DNA from: Chrysomallon squamiferum
Taxonomy: Eukaryota > Animalia > Mollusca
Direction of reading: 5' to 3'
NCBI GenBank assembly: GCA_012295275.1
Contig: CM022666.1
Location: 10,416,001 to 10,480,000, forward strand
Length of the DNA: 64,000 nucleotides
The translations under genes were made by a program, and so were the position numbers. The notes beneath the pieces are model-generated. The model did not search any database. It was given only the letters and a program-made list of their open reading frames with translations, and had not been told where the DNA came from. This document shows, one piece after another, positions 51,901 through 64,000 of the stretch. How positions within the stretch are numbered: position 1 is the first letter of the stretch; every line of letters starts with the position of its first letter.

Positions 51901-54900
51901 AACACCTTCTGATGAAGATTGGACAGCTGGGACAGGAGTTTCGATGGCAGTCAGTGAAACAACAGAGTGAACATGACTCAGTAGAAAAAATGCATACTGC
52001 TAACAAGAAAAGAGGTGATTAATCAGAATAAAGGCGTGAATGGGTATTTGTTTATTAACATAATTTTTAAATGCCTTGCTTATAAAAAGAGAAGAAATCA
52101 ATTCCAGCAACTTGTTCAGTTGCATATGCACTACTGACAGGACAGAACATTAGAATAATTTCAAATAAAATAGTTGTAAGACATTAGCTGGAATGGGAAA
52201 TATCCAGATGATGTATGAATTAAGATTGATCCAGCAATCAGTTTGGTCTCAACCAACCAGAGTAAACCTTCTGAAAAAGTTTAAGTGTTAATATGTGTGT
52301 TGTGTTTTCTGATTTTTTAAATATTATAGGCTTTGAAAGAAATTTATTAAATGTCATTATTTTTCAGAAAAGACATTAAAAGAAAACCAGCAGATGTTAG
52401 AAAAGTCTAAACAGTCACTGGATAATCAGAAGAAGTATTATGTAGAAATTAGGTATAAACTAATATTTCATGTAAATAATTTAAAGAATGATTGCATATT
52501 CTGCTGCTTTTCAAACAGTATTTGAGTTTTAGTAAATATATAATTTACTTAAGCTCATTGGAAATTATTAATCCCACTGCTAATTAACTAAATACATTAA
52601 TTAAATTATAAGAGAATGTTTTGTGTTATTAAATAATAGTTTGAAAAACCCACAATGCAACAACCATTTACCTGTGATACTTGTCACAATTTTGTTTTGA
52701 GTAGAATTGTTTTCACATGTTTTTGAACAGTAGTTTTCTTACAAGCAGAGTTAACATCAAGTAAATTTAATGTATTTGATGCTTCTAATAAATAGACTGA
52801 ATGGGTAAAATAAAGACTATAATTTATAAATAGTGTACAGTGGTACTTACATGGTAAAAGTTTTGTTAAAGATGCCTTGTATAATATTTGTAAGGAAAAT
52901 ATGAATTGAAATAGCTGACATATAAGCTGAACTAAATACCAGTGAAAATGTATCAGTTAGAAATTTGTTTTTGAGTTTTTTGATTTCTGAATTCATATAA
53001 TGGAATTTATGATTGTAACAATTAAAAGTTAGAAATGTTTAAATTTGTATTTGTTTCTTTTCTAAGAGAAAATCTTGTAAAGGTGAATGCTCAGTTACTA
53101 ATGAGAAGAAAACAGTTGGTAGGAGAAATGGCAACTTACATTTACCCAATTACAGAGGTAAGATTGCATGTGTGTACGTTTACAGCAGAAACTTTCATAT
53201 GCTGGTGAAAACAAGGTATTGTCAAATACATCTCTAATACACATGATTTATGTTCAGCAGTATGATTAAATATAGTCTTTATTCTACTTTTCAGAATTCC
53301 AAGAAACAGTTTTTTATATGTGGAGTCAGACTTCCTAATTCAGAAGACTTTCAAGGTAACTTTCTAAAAACACAGAAATATTTATGTTTCTTTGTTTAAA
53401 ATTTTTTATTAAATAAATATTACACAAAACTTTTCATTATAAACAAACAGCTAATGACAATTTAAGCTTCTTACTTATTTCTTATAAGATGTATGGATTT
53501 TAACAAGGATAAACTATAACTGTGTCAAAGACTGTTAGTTAAAATTCATATTTCACCTTTTTTTAATTTGACCAGGTTGTGATGAAACAGCTGTTGCAGT
53601 CGCATTGGGATCCACATGTCACATGACTATGATGATATCACAGTTCCTGGACTACCCACTGCGATACACAATGGAAGCACGTGGATCACGAGCTTTGATC
53701 AAAGACCACATACATGTCAAACTCACAGACAAAGACAGAGAGTAAGTCTGAATAGAGTATTTCCATTTTGTTGCCTACTGTTCAGTGTTAACATTGTCAG
53801 ACAGGTCACAAAAATTAATCCATTAATAACTGGCATATCAGTGTTTTGTGTGCTCTATTGCTATTATATGAGACAATAGACAGGAGCAGGTTTCCTTTAT
53901 TATCTCAATGTTATTCTAGAATATGTATAATCCACATCTAAAAGATTTTGGTATAGAAATGTATTGATATCTTTTGTACAAACATTTGTAATTTCATTCC
54001 ATTTATTTATTTTAAATGAGAACATCATTATTTATCAGTTATTTGTATTCATTATCTTATGTCTTCTTAATAATTTGAATAATAAATCTTTGTAATCCTG
54101 TTGCATTTATTTATAAAAAAAAATTCAGTCTAGCTGAAACAGTGATCTTGTCAAATGTAAAATGTAATTTAAATTGGCAATAGTAAATAAATACCAATTA
54201 AACATATGGTTACCTGCTAATACCATAGAACAGAAAATATTTTGGAAAGTTATTATTGAGATTTATTTAGATATCTGGTTGTAGCAACTGGAAATAGTGT
54301 GCCCAGAGTTACAACAGAATTAGCTGGGTTTTTTCAATACTTTTTAAACTGTCAATATTTATGTCATCAAATAATTTATGAATTTCTGATAATTTATTTT
54401 TTCTAATTATTTCAGTTTTTCTAATTTTGTTATTTACAGATTCCCATTGTACAGTAAAGGTAGAGAGAAATTTCAATTCAACTACGGTGTTTTCTTATTA
54501 AATAAAAATATTAGTCAGGTAATTTATAAAGTTAATATATGTCTTTTGCAATTCACATAAAAACTGGTATGAGCATGTATGTGTGTGTGTTCTGTCTGTC
54601 TAATGTTAATCCAGTGTTATTTTATTCGCAACCAATTGCTGCTTCAGATGACAATAATTTTTAAATAGTTAAAATTTACTTCCTTATTTTTTTTTTCTAA
54701 AATAGTTTTACATTTCTGTTCTATTAAGTTTGAAGTTAAAAGAACTGTAAAAGATAAATCACCATTTTTTAAATTTGTGTATTGTGTATTAGATATATAC
54801 ATGATATATTCATTTTCAACTTACATTACTAATATGGGCCATTTTCTAAACTGCAGTTCTTTGGACATATTACTTTTGTGCTGGAAACACCCCTGTTTTT

Positions 54901-56134
54901 GTTATTTCAGATAAGATTTTATACAGGGCTTGGAACCACAGATTTGAGAATGACATTGCCAAACTTAAAAACACTTTTGGAATTACGATTAGGTGTAAAG
55001 AGGTGAGTTGTGATAGTTTTTATAATTTGTCTTTTGGTAATCTAGCTTCTTTTTTTCACGAAATTAAAAATAGTCACAAAATATATATGTACATAAGAGC
55101 ATATTTATCTCTCTATTCTTGTTGAACTTGGTGGGTGTATGTGTATTTTTGTGTTTGTATTTTTCACGTTTGGGTTGGTTTTATGTTAGTGTTTTGTATG
55201 TTCCGTATATGTGGTTTTTATATGATGTCTCTTGTGGTTATATGTATGTGTATTAAATTCTATTTGTTTTCTATTATAATGAAAACAGGATTACAATATC
55301 ATTGAATGCAGTTTCAACCTTTTACTTTTTATGATGTTTATAACTTACTTTTTTTAATTCAGTGATTTTCCATTGCCATGGACATTAACACCTACAAGTG
55401 GTACAGGAAAAAGTGTAGTTACATCTGCACCTCTGGAAAGTACCCAGAGTACGGCAGGATCAAGTTCTACAAACAGTCTCAACCAGAAATGTGATAATGC
55501 CCCTCCCTTTGACCAAGAACAAACCACAGAGAAAAACAGTGTCCCTGAAGAGAAGCTAGAATCAAATGACAGTGAAGATATATTTTTAGCTAGTGATGAT
55601 GATTTCTTTCGAATTAGGAATTCTGTATCAAAAGAATTAACTGAAGAAGAAATTACTACCTCACAGGACAAAGAGCTGACTGAAGGAGTGGAGCTGTTGG
55701 AGGAGAGAGGTGGGTTATTGAGTGAAGAAAGGATCAGTGACCTGGAGGCTGTAAAAGCCACATTGCAGATTCATTTTGACAATAGTGATTACCATTCTAG
55801 TCCACGAACATCGTCTGCTGACAGTGATCATTCATTTGGAGACAGTCGACTGTGTGATGGTCACAGGCTGGTTAAACTGAGTCAACAGCTTGAGACTGAC
55901 AAACCTAGTAATGACTTCAGTGAAGGTTGTTTTCACACAGACAGTTATACTGAACAAATAGTTCAAAGTAGCAATGAGATAGAGAATGTGGATAAAAGTA
56001 ATGACATTAATACATGTTCAACTTTCAAAACTTCAGCATTCCGAAGAGAGAGAGTTAAAGACAGATCTCCAGATAACAGTAGTCAGAGTAGTATATCAGA
56101 TGATTATACCCTGACAACCAAAGTAGTCTCTTGA
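45962..56134 (+). CDS. UVRAG: UV radiation resistance-associated protein (Vps38; PI3KC3 complex II subunit), ~714 aa
   Basis: 16 in-phase exons: 45962-46003, 47590-47710, 48213-48247, 48449-48512, 48863-48960, 49321-49428, 50102-50199, 50475-50580, 51888-52014, 52368-52452, 53067-53157, 53295-53355, 53576-53741, 54440-54518, 54911-55002, 55363-56134 (2145 nt). Motifs: [73 protein letters not shown]. Confidence 0.95.
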
Positions 56135-59100
56135 TATAAATGATTATCTTGACAACTAAACAGTTTTTTGGTTTTAATGATCATATCTAAAATAAATCTC
56201 TTGATGATTATGCCCAGAAAACCAAAATAACTTTGTGATATAAATGGTGACAACCAAACTCTTGCTTTATGTTGATGGTTACACCAAGACAACTGAAAGT
56301 AGTCATATGATATATGATTAATTGGTTTCAGGGCATGCTAAAGTACAGGGAATGTGTATGCTACATTATGAAGTAGATTGAGTAGCAGGGACTATCTCTG
56401 TTCCAGTCAGCATTCTATAGCTGGTCCATCAAAGGTGATGCTATATGCTTTCTACCTATGGAAAGGTGCACTTAAAAGATTCCTTGCTGCTTATCACCAT
56501 TATCTGATGGATCATGTATGTGTTGACATAAGTAAGAAATGTGTCAAGTATGTCATTAAATTAAAAAAAAGCTTTTTTTTTTTTTTTTAAAGGATTTCAT
56601 ATGGCATATTGAACAGTTAAACAAGCAGAGAAAGTGTTTCTTGGTGTCAGAGTTGTTTATCATACATGTGCTAAGAACAGGGTGTGAGAGTGGTCTGTCT
56701 AAAAAAGAAGAGTAATAAATAGCATAAACCATTCATGATTACTCAGTGGGAAGAAAGACCTACACAATTACAATAAAGGTAAATGACATACATGTTTATA
56801 GATCTAATTAAATAAACAGTGATATATATACACTAAAATATATAATCTATTTAGCTTTCATATACTGTTATATGAAAAAATTCACATTTTAATCAATGAT
56901 TTGTACTTTAAAAAACAGAAGCATTTTATTATATCATAATAAAACTTCTTGTGATGAATTTGGAAACATTAAAAATAATTTAGTATTCCAGCCATATCAG
57001 AAATTTGTCGTTTAGAGTTAACTGAATAGATATAACAATTTAAAATAATTATTTCTTGTATTTAAATACTTGAAAACTGCTGATGGTATTACCTGCTTTT
57101 GAAAGGATCTGTAATTATCAGATCAGGTATATAACCTGACCATTATAATAATATGATCAAAATTAACATGAACTTTGATTAAACATAATGCAAATTAATA
57201 ATTACTGAGTATAAACATTAGGTGCAGTTCTGTTAAGAACAATATTTATTACAGCTATACCCTAGTCAGTAAAATTTAAGAAATCTACTCGGCTCTAGAG
57301 TATGATGGTGTGGTCATATTTATTTGAACCTTTTTAAGAAATATTACAAACTTTTCTGGTTTCCTCACAACAGTTCAACCAATTTTGTTTTAACAAAAAA
57401 TTACAAATGCTGTTTTCTTTTGTTGTTCTTTACAATTTACAGGGTTTTTAAAATACTTTAGTTCTTGTTAAATGAAATTTTTGATGTTCTAAATCCAACT
57501 TTAAAATCTAACCACAGGCAGTATTATATTTTTTTTATTTTCTTTCAACAACCTACAGAACAACAAAATCAAATACATAAACATTTATTTATAAGATCTC
57601 TTCATCATAAAACAATATTAACACTTGAAAAATATGTTTGTTTTTATATATGTGTATTTCTGGCCAATGCAGGACTGTTGTTTTTGTTGTTAAATTATTG
57701 TTATATATAATTAGTCTAAATTAACTCTTAAAAAAATAAAAGGTAAATAATTGAATATAAAGTAGTTGTTATTTGACATGATTTCAGTACGAAAGTATTA
57801 ATCATTTTGTTTCTAGTTTTATGATTGAATTGTGAATAACAAGATACTGAACTGCGTTGAGAAAATAATTCAGAAGGTCAGAACTTAGGTACATGTTAAA
57901 TAAATGATAGCTTAGAGCTTAAAAGTATCAGAATATGCTTTTCATTTTAAAGTTACAGTTTATATATTTAAGTAATTGTTTACAATTGACAGTACCAATT
58001 TTGTATAGAGCTCTATTAATCTTGGTTAAAAACTCTCTAAAATAGCTTCCATTGCTGAGGACGTCACCATATCTAAATGTGACCCTATATAATAGTTATA
58101 ACTTCAAAAACTAACAGAAATGTAATCAAACTGGCTTCCACACACCACTGTTACCTAGACTGAACGAATTTTTAACTTTGAATGTTACACAAAATGGGAC
58201 AATATGTATCTCATTTCTATCACTTAAAAAAAAAAAAGCCTATTACATTATTTATTTGTTTTATTAATTGTATTATTTAAAATAAAATGAGTGTGTATAT
58301 ATGTATAAAGCACGTCGCTGGACACACACTAAAGCAAATAAAAGCGCTAATACAGTCTCATCTACAGTACCGTACTGTAATAGATAATTTGCACGTTGAT
58401 TAGTTCACAAACAACATATGCATCATGCATTTTTTACACTTGTAAAATATATTAAACTCATCGAGAAAATCAACGTTTAATTCATCACGATCATTTTTTT
58501 ATTCTTTCTTTCAGATTGTAACATACAGGTCTAGTATTGCTTTTGTTTGCTTATTACTAATTTTTATAATTTACCTAAAATATTAACAAAGAAGACATCC
58601 ATGAGGTTAAAAAATGTGACGCGTTTTCATTTTCAATTTTTTTTAGCCCCTTATCTTGTGTAATTTCTGCTGCTTTAAACGTCGATCGTAACACTTTATT
58701 CTTTGGGTACATGTTTAAAAAGTTCATCAGCTACATAGTAAGTAAGAAACCACTGGTTCCGATGAAAACTGAGGAGATGCATGGTTGGGTCTCCTGGCCT
58801 CTCCATGTAAAAAACATAATACGTTTTCAGAGAACTGCGACAATTGATGCTGCCAATATTTTTCACATTATCAAAGTGAGACAGCAATTTATATAAAATG
58901 CGTAGTATTTTGCGATATTATAACCTAAGACGAATAAAATGATTCTAAACATGTGGTACTGAATGCCTGAAATATCTTGATTTCAGAAGTGGATGAGGGC
59001 AGCAAAATATCAATGTCGCCAGTCTAGAGTGATTTCATTCATTCTTTTCCGCCATGAAAAATATCGCTCTAATGAGACTTTTGATCGAATAATTTAACAA

Positions 59101-59605
59101 AATGTTGTTGTTTGTTTCTATTATTCCCCCCCCCCGATATTATATTTATTCGTATGTTTTTTTTGTTGATTATCATTTTTGTCACAAAAATTGTCTAATC
59201 TTCAAGGTCTAACACTGTCGTTAAATATCCAGACATGTTTTCAATTATAATATGGGCAATTAGCTTAATAAGCATGAAATGTTACATAGAGAAAGCAAAG
59301 AAGTAAAAGAAGTGATTGTCAAAGTTCCTCTTATTCTAATCTGGAACATTAACTTTTCTAACCTTCGAGACTATTCGTCTCTTTCACCTGCAAATGTCGC
59401 GTTGGGTGAGAATGACGCATAACAAAGACCACAGTAAAATTATGACAACAAGTTGGCTCGTTCTTTCACGTCGCACATTTAAGTGGCTTCTCCTTTCACC
59501 TCGTAGTCAGCATTTTTCTCCCTTTTACAGGCCGTGGCCAACAAACATCAAGTACCAGCGATAAAAAATGCAAAAGCTAAAAAAGAAATATAAATATTAA
59601 TATGA

Positions 59606-59608
<3 letters not shown>

Positions 59609-59650
<42 letters not shown>
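59609..59650. repeat. (GA)n microsatellite
   Basis: About 21 uninterrupted GA units. Confidence 0.95.
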
Positions 59651-59653
<3 letters not shown>

Positions 59654-61246
59654 AATTCGAAATCAAACTGCAGATACTGTATTTTATCTTATTTTAGCAC
59701 ACTTCAGCATGCATGACAAGAGGCAGAGAAATAGGGTAGAAGATAATTACTGAAAGGAGGTGGAAGGCGTTGAGTCTTTTGTGACTGTCCCCCACAGGCA
59801 ATTTGTCAGTAGGATCTTTCTAAACCATTTTAAAGGATTTCTGGACCTTCTAAAGTTGATCCGTCACCGTGTCATTAAAATGACTAAGGCTCGATTCCCA
59901 CGAAACTAATATTCACAAATATTATATATGTTCTGGCATTTTCAGTTTTATAAGGAAAAGCCGTTCGTTATATAAACCTTTTATTTTATTCCTTTGGTTT
60001 CGTTGTTGTTTTTTATTTTTATTATTTTTATATATATAAACACACACACACACACACGATTACCTCCCATTAGTCATACGCTTATTTGTCATACAGTTTA
60101 TAACAACACAGGTCAAGGTTTGGTGCATCGACTGCTCTTTTCCTTACCTCAGAAAACAAATGTGCTGTAGTAGTTGCTGTTTATCTGATATATCGTCCCT
60201 GAAAGAGTTACAAACATGATAAAAATATATACTTCGAGGTAAGGATGATGTAAAAATTTTAAATCTTTTATTTAATTCTTTGATTTTGTGTATAATATGA
60301 CGAGTTCTATATAATATTTTAAATATTTTACTGTTATAGAGAGTTTCAGTATTTATACAGATAAAAAAAAAAAAAAAAAAAAATAATGATAATAAAACAG
60401 ATGAACTTTTAAATTTTATTCATTTGTAATAAGCATGATGTGTAACGGTCAAATAACGGAAAATTATAATTAATTATTTAATTAAAAGGGAAAAAAGGTT
60501 TTGAATTTCTTAAAATGGTTTCTGTGTCTAACACTGCAATCTAAGCACACACAAACATGCACACTAGAAATTAAAAACTTAAATTAATAAATTGTACCAG
60601 CAACAAGATAACCAATGAGATAGCCTGCTCCACAAACATCACCAAGCCATCAGCAGATGCAAAATAATCCACGCCAGCAAAGTCACAAGTAAGCGGACTG
60701 AACAGGGTCCAGCAGCCCCCGTCGTAGAAGCCATATGTGAGTGAAAACACGATTCGTCCTGAGCTACATTGTGTGACGTGCATAATAAAAAGCAGCAATA
60801 CAGAAGATGTAACATTCACTCCGCCATACAGAACAGAGGCGTGAATTTCAGTATCCGTGGCCGCAAAATCTAATCCAAACCTCGATATAATACTACCTAT
60901 ACCGCTAAAAGACACAAGCAAAGCGGCATCATCAGCAGTCGCTCCCTGCATAATTATAAAATCAGGAAAGTACAGCTTTACCGTGGACGACAAAAGTGTG
61001 AAATTAAACGAAGAAATGAGAGAAGAAATGGTACGTTTTTCATGAGGTGGGTAAAGTGGTTAAACGTCGACATCCAGTGTCTTAACTCATGGTTTCTCCG
61101 ATTTCGCTTAATGTACATTCAGACTTAGAAGGTTTCATAATCATGCCGCAAACACAGGCATGAAAAGAAATAGCACCTGATATAAGAAAAGCTCCTTCAA
61201 GGTTGAAGTTATCTATCAAACGCTTGAGTTAAAATTGGCAGTATGA

Positions 61247-61710
61247 CAGTGCTGCCCAACGTCCGGCCCGCTAGTCGGTCTTCAATTTATTCCTTAATTA
61301 TTTAATAAAATTGTTTTATTATAAAGCCATTTATTTGAACAAATGTTTTCTTAATCTTGATCAATTGTTAAATTTGTTTTAAAGAAAGTAAGGTTCTAAA
61401 TCAAAAATTTTAATGGCCACTTCGTATTCATGTAATATCTGGAGATTATAATTTTTTGATAGCAGTGAAGAAGTAATAGAAATAGTGTCATATGTAGGAC
61501 CCCCGTGTTTAAATTGAGTTATGAATTATAATTGTATAATGGATAATTTCTATAAATAGAATAATAGATCAATGTTTTCAATAGAATACTTTTTCAAACC
61601 ATTTCAAGTAGTTGTATTAAAAAAATGAAAGGCTGGAAATGTGAGTCCGGCCCACTGGCATCGTTTTTTCTTAAATCCGGCCCATGTTCGGAAAAGGTTG
61701 GGCAGCACTG
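61247..61710. mobile_element. hAT (Charlie-like) MITE inserted in an SLC16 exon
   Basis: Perfect 14-bp TIR CAGTGCTGCCCAAC/GTTGGGCAGCACTG, perfect 8-bp TSD CAGTATGA (61239-61246, 61711-61718), and subterminal TCCGGCCC motifs. Confidence 0.92.
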
Positions 61711-62391
61711 CAGTATGATGTTTCCTATGCCACATGCAATAATTTCAACACTTGTAACCAGGCTTATCCTTTCCCGAAAATAATATCCCAGATTTACCAA
61801 ACACCCAGTGTAAGCTACTAGACCTTGTCCAAGCCCTGTTGGAAATAAATTAGAAAATGTAATTTCATTGTACTATTTTGATATATACTGAATTTTATTT
61901 CTTAATTATGTTTTGGCTCAGGTCTGCAGAAATTAAATAGGAGGAACAAAGATGTCTACTGTATAGTTTAGTAGTATTTACTGCCTTTAACCAATTCTTA
62001 AAATCTAAATGTTTCTAATATAAAATGTAAATATAATTAATAGTATTCTTTATTTTCGTTTCGTAACTTACTTTTTCAATGATATAATAATTATAATAAT
62101 AATATAAATAAACAGATAAATAATTAGAATGATAGAAAGAAAGAAAGAAAATAAAACATACATACTGAAATTTTTTTCATGTTAAAATGACTGGTACAGA
62201 AAAACTATTTTGATTATACCTGCCAGAAAAGCATACGTTGAAAACAGCCATCTTGAATGAGGCTGCTCGTAGAAAATCCACTGATTCCTAGGAATCCGCT
62301 GATGATAACGCATTTCCGACAACCCTACATATCAATTAAAATACTCGCGAAAGGTCCTGAAAAATTTATACTTAAAGTCGTTTCGTTTCAA

Positions 62392-62524
<133 letters not shown>

Positions 62525-62574
62525 TGCTTATTTATGACATAAAATACACACAAACGCATATATAAAAATATATG

Positions 62575-63680
62575 TAGTGCCGGATTAAGAACGTAGCAAA
62601 TGCTTTCTGGGGCCCCGCGGATCAACATTTTTCTTTTCTGTTTTAAATCAATATGCTGGGTATCACGATTTTGACTATTGTCTTTGGTATTTGTTTTATG
62701 TAGAGGTATACTTTTTGACAGTTTTGTTGTTGAACTTTTTTTTACTCAGTATCCAGTGGACCTGAACTAGTTCACTAGCTGCGTTGTCCCAAATACCTTA
62801 TGTTTGATACCTAATTGCCTCTGGTTAGACAGTGTGCTGCAGTGTCATTGAACAAAAGTTTTATGTCTACGTGTAACTTGTAGAAGTATCTCGCGCTAAA
62901 AGTGATGACATAAGACACTGAAGTAGGTCACCACCCGTAGAGGCGTATAAGTACAGGTAAGACATTTAAACCTCTGTTCATTACAAATAAACGTGAAAAT
63001 AACTAAATATTTAGAATGGGCTATTTAATTTCTTAAGCAGTTTCCTAAATCTTATTTATACAATGGTAAGCAATATGTTTGGAGCCTTGGTGTAGTGACG
63101 GTAAATAACTGGAGCCGTTATACTAGTCATCGCCGTTGGTGGCTTTGGAGCATGTATGTTAATATCTGAATATTGTGTGTTGTGGTTTTCTTTACATATA
63201 CCTTCTTTTAATGGCGCACTGTTATTATTGTTGATCAGGATTTAGCATTAAAATGAAACATCGGGGTAACGCACGTCATTATTTTTGAAAATACTTCTTG
63301 GATGAAAAAAAACAACACAACAACATTCGACTAGTTTCAAGTCATTATTCGAATCTCAGTCACTCTTTATTTAAGGATTTATAAATGGTGAGCAACTAGC
63401 TCAGAACCTGAGTGACTTTCTTGAACATAATATCAGTCTGAGTGACTATCGTGGACAATCATATGACAACGCTAGCAACATGTCTGCCAGGTACAATGGA
63501 ATAGAGGTGCATGTTCGAAAGCTAAATCCATTAGCAGAATACGTGCCATGTGTTGGACAACTCAGTCAATTGGTGGGTCAGTTCGCATACTGGCAACCAT
63601 GTTCATGGAGTTCATACAGCGTGTATGTGCTCTACCAACTGATGCGTTGTCTGAGAACAAACTATCGTGTGTAAAGCGCA
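62575..63680 (+). mobile_element. Decayed hAT transposon with ZMYM1-like transposase fragment
   Basis: Terminus-like TAGTGCCGGATTAAG...GGGGCCCC at 62575. Translation at ~63390-63580 reads YRGQSYDNASNMSARYNG...LNPLAEYVPC, matching the hAT GQxYDNAxNMSG / YVPCxxH catalytic-core motifs. The right end was not located. Confidence 0.75.
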
Positions 63681-64000
63681 CGTCTGACACACGATGGTCG
63701 GCAGTGATGGACTGATTGACAACGAGAAAACTGAAACGTTACCTGCTAATGCAAAGCATGCACAAATACAATGAACCAATCCAAGTAATCGATGTGACGT
63801 CAGTATCGCTGGCTTCCAACAGTACAACATGAAACACTCCGGCCACAAAAGAAAAACTAGTATTAGTCAGTGGTGTTACGAAAGAAGCTGCCAGTACTAC
63901 CCATCCCCATTTCTCTGTTTAATTAACTTTTTTCTTCAAACTGATGTAATAGGCTGTTCGAACGACGAGTGATAACTGACACAGATGTTTTACTTCAGGT

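Larger units (their letters stand above)
59479..62356 (-). pseudogene. Monocarboxylate transporter (SLC16/MFS) pseudogene, unprocessed
   Basis: Exon remnants 62356-62220 (GPFASILIDM*GCRKCVIISGFLG), ~61835-60598 (GLGQGL..GYYFRERISLVT..; LIDNFNLEGAFLISGAISFHACVCGMIMKP; AALLVSFSGIGSIISRFG), 60198-60148 (GTIYQINSNYYSTFVF*) and 59576-59479. It has several in-frame stops, frameshifts and an exonic MITE insertion. Confidence 0.85.

Noticed and set aside
55354-55761. 135-aa minus-strand ORF
   Set aside because: Antisense shadow of the UVRAG last exon.

Overview
AT-rich, intron-rich animal genomic DNA. It is invertebrate-like; a mollusc or other lophotrochozoan is my guess only. I assembled exons by hand from GT-AG sites and checked reading phase. 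Contents in order: (1) the last 7 exons of an ABCC5-like MRP transporter (+, 5-3883); (2) a CpG-richer promoter-like island at ~7.35-7.7 kb; (3) an 8-exon, 516-aa gene (+, 26503-34495) fusing a TRIM-type C3HC4 RING directly to a Src-family SH2 and a tyrosine-kinase fold; (4) LAMTOR4 (-) head-to-head with (5) a 16-exon UVRAG (+), sharing a ~450 bp region with a perfect CLEAR box GTCACGTGAC; (6) a decayed SLC16/MCT pseudogene (-) with a hAT MITE inside an exon; (7) many DNA-transposon derivatives (Tigger-type, pogo with PHD finger, Sola2-like MITE, hAT). The main finding is gene (3). Its kinase domain has HRD->HRN, DFG->GFG, the activation-loop Tyr replaced by Phe and no C-terminal regulatory Tyr tail, while RING and SH2 look intact. 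It therefore looks like a Src-derived RING-SH2-pseudokinase, a candidate phosphotyrosine-directed E3 ubiquitin ligase. No database searches were possible, so novelty is unverified.
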